From Eledone cirrhosa (lineage: Eukaryota): a stretch of DNA of 64,000 nt. How positions within the stretch are numbered: position 1 is the stretch's first letter; each line of letters starts with the position of its first letter. The stretch covers positions 257,238,001 through 257,302,000 of the forward strand of contig OZ024742.1 in NCBI GenBank assembly GCA_964016885.1, given 5' to 3'. A program made the position numbers and the translations under genes. Under the pieces are notes generated by a model. It worked only from the letters and a program-made list of their open reading frames with translations, had not been told where the DNA came from and searched no databases. Below are positions 15,866-29,449 of this stretch, piece after piece.

Positions 15866-16190
15866 AACATTCCTCCCAGCGGGTCCTCTGAGATGCAACC
15901 GTCTCTAACTTATCCAAGCGAGACGAGCCACGCTCAAGATGTTATCCAACCATTCTGCTCGGCGCCTAAGCCTCAATCTCCTGCCGGTTGGTTTTGCCCG
16001 TAAAATATGTCCTGAGATATTCAACCCACATGCCCATAGTATCGGATATATGATATCTCATTTCGGAGAAGTAGCGGCTCTACTTGGAGTGGCTCTCTGA
16101 ACTTACTACAATGGCCATGGTGCTTCGTCTACCGTGAAGTAACACGTTTGCAAGGCTTCTGCTCTCTTTTCAAAAATGCAGGGTCCACAG
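15778..16190 (-). mobile_element. RTE-clade LINE 3' fragment with (GAA)n tail
   Basis: REPLQVEPLLLRNE..IRYYGHV and LRAKPTGRR..WLDNI on the minus strand; (TTC)n at 15778-15863 is the tail. Confidence 0.75.
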
Positions 16191-16530
16191 ATATCCGTTG
16201 CTGAAAACATCAGTGCTGAGAGGTAAAAATACAATGAAGAAAACCAACACAAATTATAGAAACAACAACAGCAGCAGCTACTCAACAAGTAGAATCTACA
16301 TCAATCGAGGAAATCTGTGTTTACTCGATTTCTGTTACATAATCATACATATAAATAACTGTATATGCACATACACATACTCACACACATACAAATACAC
16401 GCCAACATAAGGAAAAAAGATTCTAATCCCTTCATCTTTCTCATTCACTCACTCCCACTCTGTCTCTCTCTCTGTATATATGTCAAATAGTCACTCTATC
16501 TACCCTTGTCTCTCTCTCTCTTTCTCCCTC

Positions 16531-16607
<77 letters not shown>

Positions 16608-16614
<7 letters not shown>

Positions 16615-17180
16615 GATAAGCAGAACAAGTAAAATTCAATCAATTTTTCAAAATACATTAAAAAATATAATATAAATATTTACCTCTTCTAGTGGCCCTT
16701 ACTGATCAGTTTCGCTCTGTAAAACCTCATAAATCCGATGGATTTATGATGGAAAACCAAAGCTCATCAGAGAAGCATTTTCCCTCCCTAGGGCTAAACG
16801 TCCCAGGAACGACACAATATACAACCTCCTGCCAACTAATAAAGGTCTGAAAGGTCGTAAAATTGATTTTGTCGTTCCTGGGACGTTTAGCCCTAGGAAG
16901 GGAAAATGCTTCTCTGATGAGCTTTGGTTTTCCATCATAAATCCATCGGATTTATGAGGTTTTACAGAGCGAAACTGATCAGTAAGGGCCACTAGAAGAG
17001 GTAAATATTTATATTATATTTTTTAATGTATTTTGAAAAATTGATTGAATTTTACTTGTTCTGCTTATCTTAATATTAAAGTTCTGGTGTATCAAATTAA
17101 CACCATTGAACAACCTTGAATCATAGACAACCTATGTATTTTTAGGGGTACCTAGTATCCCTGGACATATTAACTTCTAC
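16608..17180. mobile_element. Non-coding HHR element inserted as a head-to-head inverted pair in (TA)n
   Basis: Arms 16608-16814 and 16870-17076 (about 207 bp, 1 mismatch seen), 55-bp spacer; right copy extends to about 17180. Confidence 0.9.
16908..16989 (+). ncRNA. Type I hammerhead ribozyme with extended stem II (mirror copy on minus strand 16695-16776)
   Basis: CTGATGA 16914-16920; stem II GCTTTG/CAGAGC enclosing hairpin TCATAAATCC/GGATTTATGA; GAAA 16971-16974; palindromic ACTGATCAGT; GTA 16982-16984; stem I weak. Confidence 0.75.
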
Positions 17181-17360
17181 ATATATATATATATATATAT
17201 ATGGTAGTTGAAGTGGTGTTGGTGGTGATATACCGGAAGTGTTGAAATTTGAAAATGTTAAAAGACGTGAATCTTGTAATACGCAATACAATTATTTTGT
17301 TTAATCAAGTGTTATGAAATTTAGTACATATATTATATAATATTCATTCATTATGTGGAA

Positions 17361-17545
17361 TGGCAGTATCGGAAGAGGGTCGGACGCCATGCTTTCCAGC
17401 ATAGTTACGTCCCTTTACGATCTGAGTTCAAATCTCGCCGAGGTTGACTTTGCCTTTCATCCTTACGGGGTCGATAAAATAAAAGTACCAGTAATGCACT
17501 GGGTAATTTGCTGGCCTTGTGCCTAAAGTAGAAACAATTATTTAT
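17361..17545 (+). mobile_element. tRNA-derived SINE (Nin/Deu-like core)
   Basis: B-box-like GAGTTCAAATC followed by GCCTTTCATCCTTACGGGGTCGATAAAATAAAAGTACCAG; same family at 33.8, 48.2 and 54.6 kb. Confidence 0.85.
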
Positions 17546-18679
17546 TCAACAACGTAATCCAACTTATTTTACGAACGGGATAAAACATAAATAAACAGGA
17601 CACAGTCACGTACTCCGCCTTTTATTATATTAGCATGTGATTGACATTATCGGCCACGTGCTGAAACACAAACTCACACACAAACACTCATACATACATG
17701 TATATGTATGCGTGTATGTATGTATCTTTGTATGTAATGTATATATGTAAGTTTTTTTATGTATATATCAAAACTTTTTTTCTGCAAATCAATGGTCCTG
17801 AGACATGGCCCAATGATTATAATGTTTCCTATGTTTAGGTTTAAGCCATTGGGTGAAATTGCTAAACTCAAAAGTTAAGTTCATGAATGATCTGTTCCTT
17901 TGATGGAAAATGTGAATACTCATCGTTGAAAACAGTACATATATTTTTCGTCATGTTTACCATAGTATTAAATACATCGGTTCTAATTTTTTTCTTTATG
18001 TTCAAATTAAGTTCATTATTCTTAGTGTGGAATGTTTGCGAAATAGCTTTCAGATACATTCGTGTCTTACCATAAAACAAAAAGATTCCCTTAGATAGTG
18101 ACATGTGCATTAACATAACATGATCACTATGAAGAAGATGTAAAAGTACGCATTTGAAACGCTAAGTGAAACTTATAAAAGGAATTGAAAATGATTTGCA
18201 CTATTCTAAAGAATATATTTTCATACGAGAAACTTTAAAAACTCCTAGATTGTAAAGCAGGCATTGTCGAATGGGAATTGTGGTAAGATTATCATTCCGA
18301 AGAAGCGGAAATTATTACCATGAATATGTCATCAATTTTATCTTGTATTTAAAGAAATATCATATATGACAGTGCTTATGCCTTCACTTTTGCAGTTGGC
18401 CTAAACGTAAATAAATGGTTATTCGAAGGTTAGCAGATGCCTTAGAGTGTCGGATTAAAAGCGCCCCTGCATCACACGAGATTAAATACCACTGAGGCCA
18501 AATTTGCTTTTTATCTTTTGGGCGAAGATGAGTAAAGACCACTTTATTATCAGATTCGATTCTTCTCCACACTTCCCTCTCCCTCTCTCTCCTTCTCACT
18601 CGGACTTTCAAAAATCAGTGGCGTTTTGACTTAGAGAAGAATGGGACCGACAAGTTTAAAATGTATGCCAATGTTGTAT

Positions 18680-19025
18680 GGAGCAATTTTACTCAATATA
18701 GTGGATAGCAACAGAGATCATGGAGCCGCCGCAGTTAGAACTGCTATTTCACCTATTTGAGAGATCACAGCTCCGAAACTACGGGCAGCTGGGGAGAATA
18801 ACTAAGAAAATAATCGCGGGACAGGTGTTACCAACCGTTATAATATCCAGTAGTAGACCACGAGCAAGATGATGGATAACATCGAAGAGTTTGGCTGTGC
18901 TCGCTTGGGAATCCAGCCGAATCAATTGGAAATTGTTGCTTCTGAGAGAAATAGTAGGTGTTGTGGAGGACTCTGTTCCCACGGCCCCCCTATGCATAAG
19001 TGCGCAAGTAGAAGAAAAAGAAGGA
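18680..19025 (+). mobile_element. RTE-clade LINE 3' fragment
   Basis: EIMEPPQLELLFHLFERSQLRNYGQLGRI...SRPRAR and WMDNIEEFGCARLGIQ-like remnants; same family as the 15.8-16.2 kb fragment. Confidence 0.7.
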
Positions 19026-19332
19026 AAGTGTTACTTTAGGATTCCATGAGAAGTTAGGTTACTTATTACATGGAAACGTAAGATAATTTAATAAGAAGAA
19101 AAATGTTACGCAATTTGTCCAACGAACCTAGATATCATAGCAGCCTTTCAGACTGCTATAATACACTCGTGGCTATGTTCATTGAAGGAAGTGGGATATG
19201 TGTTTTTGAGTAAGACGCATTTTCCTGTTAGGACTAGACCCTATATCGTTAAAACCAAGAAAACTCCTATACACATACACACGCACATACACGAACACGC
19301 TCAAACACACACACGCACACACACACACACGC

Positions 19333-19446
<114 letters not shown>

Positions 19447-21071
19447 CCAATAACTAGTCCCTCGAGTTCGACTGTCGCTAATATGTCATCTACATCGCTC
19501 CCGTCGAATGTGTTGCGTTCACAAATTTTGATGACCGGGACCATCACACAATATCTATCTAATGAAGCATTGACATGTACCATATTGGATGAACATTTTA
19601 TTAAACTACGGAATGTTTTGCTGATAGGTATCGTTTAATCGTTCCATAGTTTACTTCGACATGAACATTCTACGTTTCCCGTATATTTCATGTTCAGACG
19701 AAACTAATCTTCATTTCTTTAGCAATAATTTGATTTGAATTTTGGATGGCATGCATAAAGTATTGAATATGTAGACACATTATTTACAGTGGTAATTTAA
19801 TGATTTAAAGTAGGTAGTACACGCTGACATTTTTTTATGCAAAACATTTGACGTATGAATATAAAATCAAGATTTAACACCACGGAATTTTAGCGGTAGA
19901 AATCGAGAACTTCATAATCTTAACGTGAAAATAATTAAAGAATTATAAATAATAGATTCGCTTATTAACCAATGAAAATATATGCCAATAATTTCATATA
20001 TTCTAAATGGCATACATTATCATTAAGTGCAAAGAATATATATTATCAATTCATTTGAAAAGCGGTGACATTATATAAACACAATTAAATCGCCTTTATT
20101 TTAAATATATCGACCTTTGAATTACTTTAGTGAAATAGCCTGCAGGAGAGTACCATTTGAAACGGGTTATAGAAAGCATTAACCTTATGAAATATTAGTG
20201 TTGAGATGAAGACATTTACATTAAAATAGCTGAATGTGAAAACCTCACTTCAGTGTATAATTTTAAGAAAAGTAGATTCGTTTAAGTATTGCAAGAACTA
20301 CAGAATTTCGTTTGGATTTTTATTTCAAAATAAGAAAAAGAACTCCGTCTAGCAGCTAATTGATGTGTATGTGCTGTAGAATACATGTCAATTATTCAGC
20401 TATATAATTATTAGGGTGTCAATAACAATGTTTTGTGGCATTTACGTACTGAGTTGAAATCCCACCTAGGTTAAAATGTTGTTTTTCTTGCCCTGATAGA
20501 TGAAACAAAATTCCAGTCGCCTGCCGATGTCGATTTAATTACCGCTTCTTTCACTTATAATTGGTGTCATCATGTTGAATTAAAAAACATTTCTCTATAT
20601 CATTCTAAACCAAACGAATATTTCCCTTTCCTCTGTGTGATGGAGTATGACAGAATGTTTAAGAAATAGGTTTCGCAATGATTAGCCAAGAATTCATCCC
20701 CAATGCATGCCGTCTTGGGCAAGTGTCATTTACAATAGACATGAGCGCACTTAAGCATGGTGACTGAAAATGAGAAAGAAAAAAAGGGTTTAGAAGACGG
20801 ACATATGTCCTGTACCTGTACATCATTCGGTAAAACCTGTCGTACCGACTTTATGAGCACAAATAGTTCGTGCTTGGCAACAGTGAGGGCGCAAGTCATT
20901 TTTTCCGACTGAATGGACGTGAACTAAAGTGTCTTACTCAAGGGCATAATACAATATCGCAGAAAAAGACCTTTATACTAATATATAAACACACAAACGC
21001 ACACAAATACACACATACACATGCGCGCGCACACACATATACACATACACATGCGGGCGCAAACACACACC

Positions 21072-21140
<69 letters not shown>

Positions 21141-21430
21141 GAATGTATATATAGTGTATTTTGCAATACACTGTATTCATAATTAAAAGCATTTCGAGGA
21201 CATTACGCTATTGTTTTAGAGTCTTGACAGTTTCACTTACTTAACATTTTCAGCAAACAGGGGAGATACATTTGACATTGCTCTGTTTCGTAGTGATTGG
21301 TGCTTATCACTACTTTAAAACAATAGCGTAAGGTCTTGGAAATGCTTTTAATGAAGCATAAAGTGTATTGAAAAATACACTATATATACATGCATATATA
21401 TATCGCTATTTCAGAGCACCAATTCTAATA
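21141..21430. mobile_element. Old inverted-pair relic homologous to the 310-bp monomer
   Basis: 21141-21222 is the reverse complement of 21312-21393; 21323-21429 aligns to the 310-mer (ATAGCG..AGGTCTT..ATATATCGCTATTTCAGAGCA); (TA)n on both sides. Confidence 0.75.
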
Positions 21431-21562
21431 TATATATATATATATATTTTTTTTTCTTGTTTTAAATTTTAATCCAAATACAAAAGCTATTGTTATTTAC
21501 AGTAATTCTGTGTTTTGTTTCGTCCTTTTCAAATCTCAAATCCTCCGATAGACTCGATAAAC

Positions 21563-21675
<113 letters not shown>

Positions 21676-23580
21676 TACTTCGTAACTGCTATCCAAGACT
21701 CTTGAAGTCCTGTAGCTTAATGGATAGGGTTTCGGGATCATAATTATAAGTGTCTCATATTGATTACCGATGGTGTGTCGTGTCCTTAAAGAAGAGTCGT
21801 TGTTTCACATTGCACCTGTAAGTCAAATGCCTAAAGTTCTCACTCATAGTGTGACATTAAATCCCCCGGATATTGAAGTTGATGTAACCAATGAAATAAG
21901 CTTCTCGTGAAATTGACCTATAACTGACTGTAATTTTCAAACGCACACGTGTACGTAACGCAGTTTTCGGATAAATTCTGAATGAACAGTGTTTCAAGGC
22001 CGATCCTTTGAATCACAGGAACAACTCATGCTTGCTTTCTTAGTGAAATAGCGCAATAGTAAATAAAGTGCCTCTCCGAAATGACAACAATCAACCGGGA
22101 ATCGTAATTATGAATTAGATCATGAACCGAATATTTTTACCATTAACCTGCTCGCTTTCACATCCTTGAGCCTAATAGTAATATATACGGTGGAATGCAT
22201 GAATAAGTCACTAAGAAATTCTGATCGAAATCATGACTTCTCAGAACTGATTACACTGCGCAGCATCTTACCCACGTGTATTTACCATACAGGCTTGTGT
22301 AGAGAAATGGAGTGCATGTGTAATTAAATGTTTCAATTTTCTCTCGCCTCGGTAATTAGTTGAAGGGTTGGGATGCCTATGGAATTCACAGACACTTACA
22401 TATTAATTCACAAATTTGACGGTAAGTTGACGACCGTCCTCGAAATCGACATATAATCTATAATTAATATATATACATTTTAATGAAATCCACATATATA
22501 AATATGATCAAATAAGTAAGTTGAATTGGTTTGTGAATGCCTTTGAATGATAGTGTTAGTTAAAGGAACCTGAATTAACCATTGCTTCAGTAGATTTAAA
22601 TTTCTTAACGCGCTTGTGGAAGTAATGCGTACAGTATCAATACAAACCATATGGCTGCACACTGAGGCATACATATACACACATATATTGATCTTGACAT
22701 ACATACTGCTCTCTTCATATAAACCTATTGAAAGTGGAAAACCTGTATGCCTTTATAATTAACTACCTACTGAAGACGAAAGGCTAATTCCAATTGCAAA
22801 ACGGCGACCAAGATAGGATGATATATTGTGTGATATATATATATATAAAAGCGTGAAAGTATGACTGTTGCAAGGATTCAAAGACCCAGGTAAAGGCATT
22901 GCTAAGCAATTGGATATAATTCCAGGCGAAGGAAATCTAATGTACAAACGGATATCACGAAATAGCTTTAACTAAACAGAACTCTTTTCTATGCTGAAAA
23001 CCTCCGAACTAAACGACATCTAATAACATTTGTGCCGCTATATATTTAGTTTTCAATTTACTTTGCTTAGAATTTAAAATGACGCAATGTGTGTTGATGG
23101 TCTTGGGTTTCCTGAGGTTTCATACTTTCTCTACAAACGTCACATTCAACTGACTTCCCAATTAATTTACCTTGTTAATGCAGCCTATTTCTATCAATTC
23201 GCTATAGAAAACATGGATGCATACTGACATTTCTGGGATTTCCTCGTCTGACATTCTCAATTATAATTTCGATAACAATTCGTTCGATACCTTGACGTGT
23301 ACAATTTCACACGATTAGAATGTATCTATACTATACTCAAATAACGCAATAGTCAAACAGACGGGGTAACGTAAAGATCGTTACAACGTAGGATATAATA
23401 ATTTGCGGTATTTGTCCCGGCTCTCTGTGTTCCGAGTTCAGATTACGTGAAGAGTTACATTTTATTTCATTCTATTAATGTCGTGAAATGAACAACACTT
23501 TCTTTATAATTGTTTCTCAATTCCTTTCACACTTACACTCTCAGCACACACTAGCGCCGCTAAATCTCTCTTTCTCCCTC

Positions 23581-23630
<50 letters not shown>

Positions 23631-25198
23631 GATGAGGTACGATATATTAAGACATGAAATGGAATAGGCTCACCCAGGTTTAGATTGCATAAAGAAGACG
23701 ACGATTCAATGATTCCACTATGAGTTATGGATACATAGCATAGCTTTCGCAAATAAACACATTATTTGACATAAAAACATTAATTAATTCTTATTTGTCA
23801 CGCTGACAATGTTGTAGTGAACTTCTTTCTTACCTCAATAATAAATACATTTTCTTTAATACATTCAGAAAGCCACATCCAATGTATGTGCTTGCCAATT
23901 CATCCAAACGGCATCTTCATTTGCTTGTGTGAAAACATTGCTTACACCCTTTAAGAATGTTCTGGGAAGCCACACTGTAACAGGCGAAAGTTATGCCTCA
24001 AGCCAAAGTAGAACTTAAACAGATTCTTACATTTCTTTCTCTCCCCTTCTCCCCCACTCGCTCTCCACCTCTCTCTATCTCTCTCTTTACAAACACACAG
24101 ACACACACTCACTCATACACACACATTATATATATATATATATAGGTATGTGTATGTGTGTGTGTGTGTGTGGGTGGGTGTGTGTATACACACACCCATT
24201 CATATACGTGCGTACGCCTACTTGTGAATGTAAATTCCATACCTTTTGGGGAATGAAAATACATGAAATTCTAGCTCATTCATTTATTATCCCATGTTTA
24301 AATGTGTTTCTATATGTGTACAATCAATACATAGCGGATTTTTTACGTAATATTGCGACTTGAAATACCCATTATGTTATGAAATTGTTATAAACATGTA
24401 AATTTGAATAATGCATATATATTCTTCATTTCAATCGTGCGCTACCAGCTAGCGCATTGAGCCAACAATGTTCACTAGTGCTCTTCATCATCCTCTTTCG
24501 TTGGCAAGTCGTTGTGCTTATGGTATTTGAACTCCACAGGTTTGAAGTTCCTTAGTGAGAGTATCCCACCATCGAGTGCAAAGGAGCGCCTCGTGGTTGA
24601 CTCCATTCTACAGCTTGGGTGTCAAACTAAGGATGGCACACTGGGATGGTCACCAGGGAGGTGAAGTAAATGTCCATAGCATCGGACGCATCTACGCAAA
24701 ATAAAAATATAAGAGACCACCCTGGTACAGAATCCTAAACATATACCTAATGCATATTGGATAACCATAGAGGCGGATACAAAAGAGCTCAAAGTTAGAT
24801 AACTGATAACCTTAGGAGTACAGTCAAAAATATTTTTTTGTAAGTCTTTTTTCTCGGTTATGCTATTATGTGCCGCTTGTTTATCTATTCTTTTTCATTT
24901 TAGCTCTATTTGAGTAATTCTTCGAAAACATTGTTCTATGTCGGCCTGTTTTATTCTGTTACCACGGGATGTTTATTGGAATGAATAATCCCAACTGTAC
25001 GGAACTTGACTGAAACACGGAGAAATCGCTTTTCCGTTGTTTATTACACCCATGAATTTGTCTTGTGCATCACCCTTTTTTATTCATATTCGATATAGTT
25101 ATAACTACGCGTAGCATTTTAACACATATCCCTCTATCTACCTATCTATCTGACTGTCTAACTGTCTATCTATCTCTCTTTATAACTCCGTCTCTCTC

Positions 25199-25266
<68 letters not shown>

Positions 25267-25273
<7 letters not shown>

Positions 25274-26592
25274 ATACATTAACGGAGCCATAGACTGTCG
25301 CCGTTCCCTGTAAATAATGTGCTCAAAGGAGAGGAAATCCTGAGCTCTTTAAAAGGTAATACACTAGAGAGAGATAGAGTGCGCTATCAATAAAACAGGG
25401 TAAAACCACCAGTGTATGGAATCTATAACCTATGAAAGGCATAGTATAGACAGGATAATTAAACTTTTAAATTAAAGCGTAAATAAATACCTCTATAACT
25501 ATATAACACACGTACAAATCCAAAGTGATCTGTTTCGCCAGTAAGTTGTTTACAGAAATGAAATAATCCCGTTTCTTCAGCGTGTGTACGGCTATACGTT
25601 TCAGACAACACGAAGAGAATTTTTAAAGCGACCCTCCATCTACACGTGGGAGAGAGAAGTCCCAGCGTGTTCAAGGGCAGTGAACCAGTGGCCTCTGAGG
25701 GACGAGCTGCTAGAAAGGACAGCCGGAAACCACTCAGAGAAGTGTGCTCAACCAAACAGAGAGAGACGAAATGATGTTATAAAGAGCGAAATATCACGAT
25801 ACATTAACGGAGCCATATACTTTCGCCGTTCTCTGTAAATAATGTGCTCAAAGGAGAGGAAATCCTGAGCTCTTTAAAATACAATATGTTGCAAAGGTAA
25901 CACACTAGAGAGAGATACAGTGCGCTATCAATAAAACAGGGAAAAACCACCAGTGTATGGGAATCAATAGCCTATTAAAGGCAGAGTATAGACAGGATAA
26001 TTAAACATTTAAATTAAAGCGTAAATAAATACTTCTATAACTACGTGTAAAACAGGGTAAAACCACCAGTGTATGGAATCTATAACCTATGAAAGACATA
26101 GTATAGACACGTACAAATCCAAAGTGATCTTATTCGCCAGTAAGTTATTGACAGAAATGAAATAACCCAGGTTCATCAGCGTGTGTAAGGCTATACATTT
26201 CAGACAACACTAAGGGAATTTATAAAGCGACCGTACATTTAAACGTGGGAGAGAGAAGTCACAGCGTGTTTAAGGGCAGTGAACCAGTGGCCTCTGAGGG
26301 ACGAGCTGCTAGAAAGGGCAGCCCGAAACCACTCACAGAAGTGTGCTCAATCAAACAGAGAGAGAGGAAAGACTGTTATAAGGAACGAAATATCTCGATA
26401 CGTTACCGGAGCCTTAGACTGTCCCCGTTCCCTGTAAATAATGTGGCCAAAGGAGAGGAAATCCTGAGCTCTTTAAAATACAATATGCTGAAAAGGTAAC
26501 ACACTAGAGAGGGATACAGTGCGCTATCATTAAAACAGGGAAAATCCACCAGTGTATGGAACCTATAACTTATAAAAGGCAGAGTATAGACA
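25267..26592 (-). repeat. Diverged tandem array (about 2.4 units of 525-600 bp) carrying a hammerhead; retrozyme/pLTR-like
   Basis: Units start at about 25267, 25792 and 26391; starts at (TA)n; HHRs on the minus strand at 25508-25585 and 26107-26184. Confidence 0.85.
25508..25585 (-). ncRNA. Type I hammerhead with full (non-palindromic) stem III
   Basis: Minus strand: ACACG-CTGAAGA-...-GAAA-CAGATC ACTTTG GATTTG-TA-CGTGT. The second copy (26107-26184) has CTGATGA but GAAT; stem II partly decayed. Confidence 0.75.
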
Positions 26593-26768
26593 TATATATG
26601 TATATAGTATATATATATTTTGAGTATATGTTGGTTGTTTACCAACACCTCAGTATGCAGATTGGAGCACTCGGCGAAGTACGCAGGTTGGTTTGCTTAC
26701 TCCAGAGTAAGGTAAAATAAAATAATTAAGGCAAATATTTAAAATTTGGCTTCGTTTATTAAACGTGT

Positions 26769-26822
26769 ACTGCTATATATATTTCGGTGACAGCATCCTT
26801 GTCTGAGACCTCTTCAGGCAGT
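26769..26822 (-). ncRNA. Minimal type I hammerhead ribozyme
   Basis: Minus strand: ACTGC-CTGAAGA-GGT(CTCA)GACA AGGATGC TGTC ACC-GAAA-TATATA-TA-GCAGT. Confidence 0.8.
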
Positions 26823-26964
26823 TCGAATTGGTGTGGTATAGACAGGTACACATGTTGTTGAAGTGTTTAACTCCGTCAATGCACCGATATGCCCAGTTCC
26901 TGGTTGGCTTATACAGACGTAGAGTAGTATGTATATACATACATACATTCACGCATATATATAT

Positions 26965-27138
26965 GTACGTATGGGATTACCGAACATTTATTATAATGTT
27001 CGGTTTGTTTGTAAACAAACAGCACGAATTAAGCCGTACAGTATTCGGCAACCATCATTGCCCTTTTGTTCAAAACTGACAAATGAACGATGAACTAGTT
27101 TCTAGCTTATTAGCTGTCATCAGCACCGTATACCTTCC

Positions 27139-27183
<45 letters not shown>

Positions 27184-27540
27184 CATGTATGTATATATAT
27201 ACATACTACTGTACGTCTGATACATATATGTATGTACGTATACATACTAACATTTAAGTATCAGCCGTACTATTTTTTCCATTTTTTCCATTTATCGTTT
27301 TCGGTACGCCCGGCCGACTAACTCACTCGATATGCAAACTAGGCTGCTCAGCCGTTACCATGTATAAGGAAAGTATACAGTGCTGATGACAGATAATAAG
27401 CTAGAAACTAGTTCATCGTTCCTGTGTCAGTGTTGAACAAAAGGTCAACGATGGTTGTCGAACACTGTACAGCTTAATTCGGGCTGATTGTTTACAAACA
27501 AACCGAATATTATAATACATGTTCGGTAAACCCATACGTA
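26965..27540. mobile_element. Head-to-head inverted pair of an about 180-bp HHR element
   Basis: About 26965-27143 is the reverse complement of about 27360-27540; HHR at 27088-27128 (minus) CGGTG-CTGATGA-CAGC TAATAA GCTA-GAAA-CTAG-TT-CATCG, and at 27378-27418 (plus). Confidence 0.8.
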
Positions 27541-27641
27541 TATATATATATATGTGTGTATGTATGTATGTATATACATACTACTGTACGTCTGTATACA
27601 TATATGTATGTACGTATACATACTTACATATATATATATCC

Positions 27642-27877
27642 GAAAGACATGCGCCACATCCATTGTAGTATATGCTCAAAGATTCCAATGAATAGATCCG
27701 AGCATTTTATATCAAGTAGAAATTGGCTGACATATATATATCTAAAATAAATATATGAAGCAGTCACAGGGAATAATTTTTAAAGTGTGTAAGCACACAC
27801 AGCTAGTTAGACAATGCTCGGATCTATTTATTGGAATCTTTGAGCATATTCTACAGTGGATATGGCGCATGTCTTTC
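27642..27877. repeat. 65-bp inverted repeat with about 105-bp spacer
   Basis: 27642-27706 is the reverse complement of 27813-27877 with few mismatches. Confidence 0.8.
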
Positions 27878-28824
27878 AGACATGACACCCTTAATTGCAG
27901 AGTTAACTCAGTTGAAAGGACTCGGCTGCTATTTCTAGTTGTCGAAAATAATGTGTCCTACCTGACTTTCAAATGGCTAGTCGGATCAAACACTGAGTAA
28001 CAATTAATCATATGTCTTTGGAATATACAGCCCATTATACGTTAATTCCACGAGCTGACTCTACCATTCTACATGGATTAGAACACATGTCGTCAGAACT
28101 GTCGTGGAACCAATACTACGTAAACATTAGTGTGCCACCCATTTAAAGGAGAGGAACACTATATTGAGTTACGTATAATATTGTATTTACTGTATTTTCT
28201 TTTGCTTCAAACAAAATCATTTTACAAAGCATAAAGTATAGACCTGTTTCAATTTCAACGATCAGTATTCCAATAGTTCGAACAAAGGATCATCCTGATC
28301 ATGAAATGGCTTTCTATATTGTAAAGTATTCTATAGTCATGTATAACTTTAACAGAATTCACAGGCAGATCCAGTGTGTGACACCTACGACATATGAGTT
28401 GAAAGCACAATCCAACCAAAGGGCTTTCAAACAGGTTCCATCTACTGAATTTCACTCACAGGTGTAAGGTAAATTACATTTGACCACCATACAACGGAGT
28501 GTGAGTGATCAGAGCTCGTTATGAATGTTAAACGAACTACGTAAATATTCACTCACGCTGCGACTACTAAAAATATAAGAGCAGAACCTGAATACAATTT
28601 ACAATTATTCACTGAAATATTTATTCTTTATTTCAATAAGAATATTTTATTTATTGCAATCCAATATTAATTGTAGTGAAAAGGTTTAAACAGATAATAT
28701 TAATGAGGTTGATTTTTAAAAAGTCTCATAATTGCTGAGTGAATTCTAGTTTTAAAGATGGCCATTATTTTCAGCTCTCACCTCACTGGTTTGGATGACA
28801 TAACCGCATTATAATCTCCGAAAA

Positions 28825-28888
<64 letters not shown>

Positions 28889-29449
28889 TAATTGATTACT
28901 TTAATTAGACAATTCTATTAATTGAATAATTGTTTATGTCTGTTTGATAACTTCTAGCTGAGTGCTTAATTCCGTTTGTGTAAGGGAATGTTATTCCTTT
29001 GTTCCAAATTTCGAATTGACTGCCAAAACCGGGGGTTACCTCCCTTTGGGAAAATCATGTGTCTTATAGCGGTGCTTAATGCTAGAACGCACACCCGCGA
29101 GGTCCAGAACGAAAAACCTGTTGGCGAAGTAAACTCCTTTGTTCTGTCGTCAAAAACCATTAACTTGCAGACCCCTGCAAATGGATTTTGTCGATTTCGG
29201 ATTTACAGAAACCTAGCGATGGTGCAGGTCAGTGAAAAATGTTTCCTGAGTTCGGTTTTCTTCGTCGCTATGGTCACGGCGGCTCGTCTATCGGTCGCTG
29301 TATTCGATTTGCAAAGCTGTCTAAACGTAATGTTATAACTCTAGGGTAATATTCCCTATTGAGTGCTTAGCTGTACACCGAGACTGCATTCGCTTGCTTG
29401 GCTGCAACCAAAAGCTTCGTTGATGCTGTGCTAAAATGTGTGTATATAT

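Noticed and set aside
15649-16003. Poly-Lys / poly-Phe ORFs
   Set aside because: The (TTC)n tract is the tail of an RTE fragment.
17361-17440. tRNA gene
   Set aside because: Only a B-box-like motif in a SINE head; no cloverleaf.
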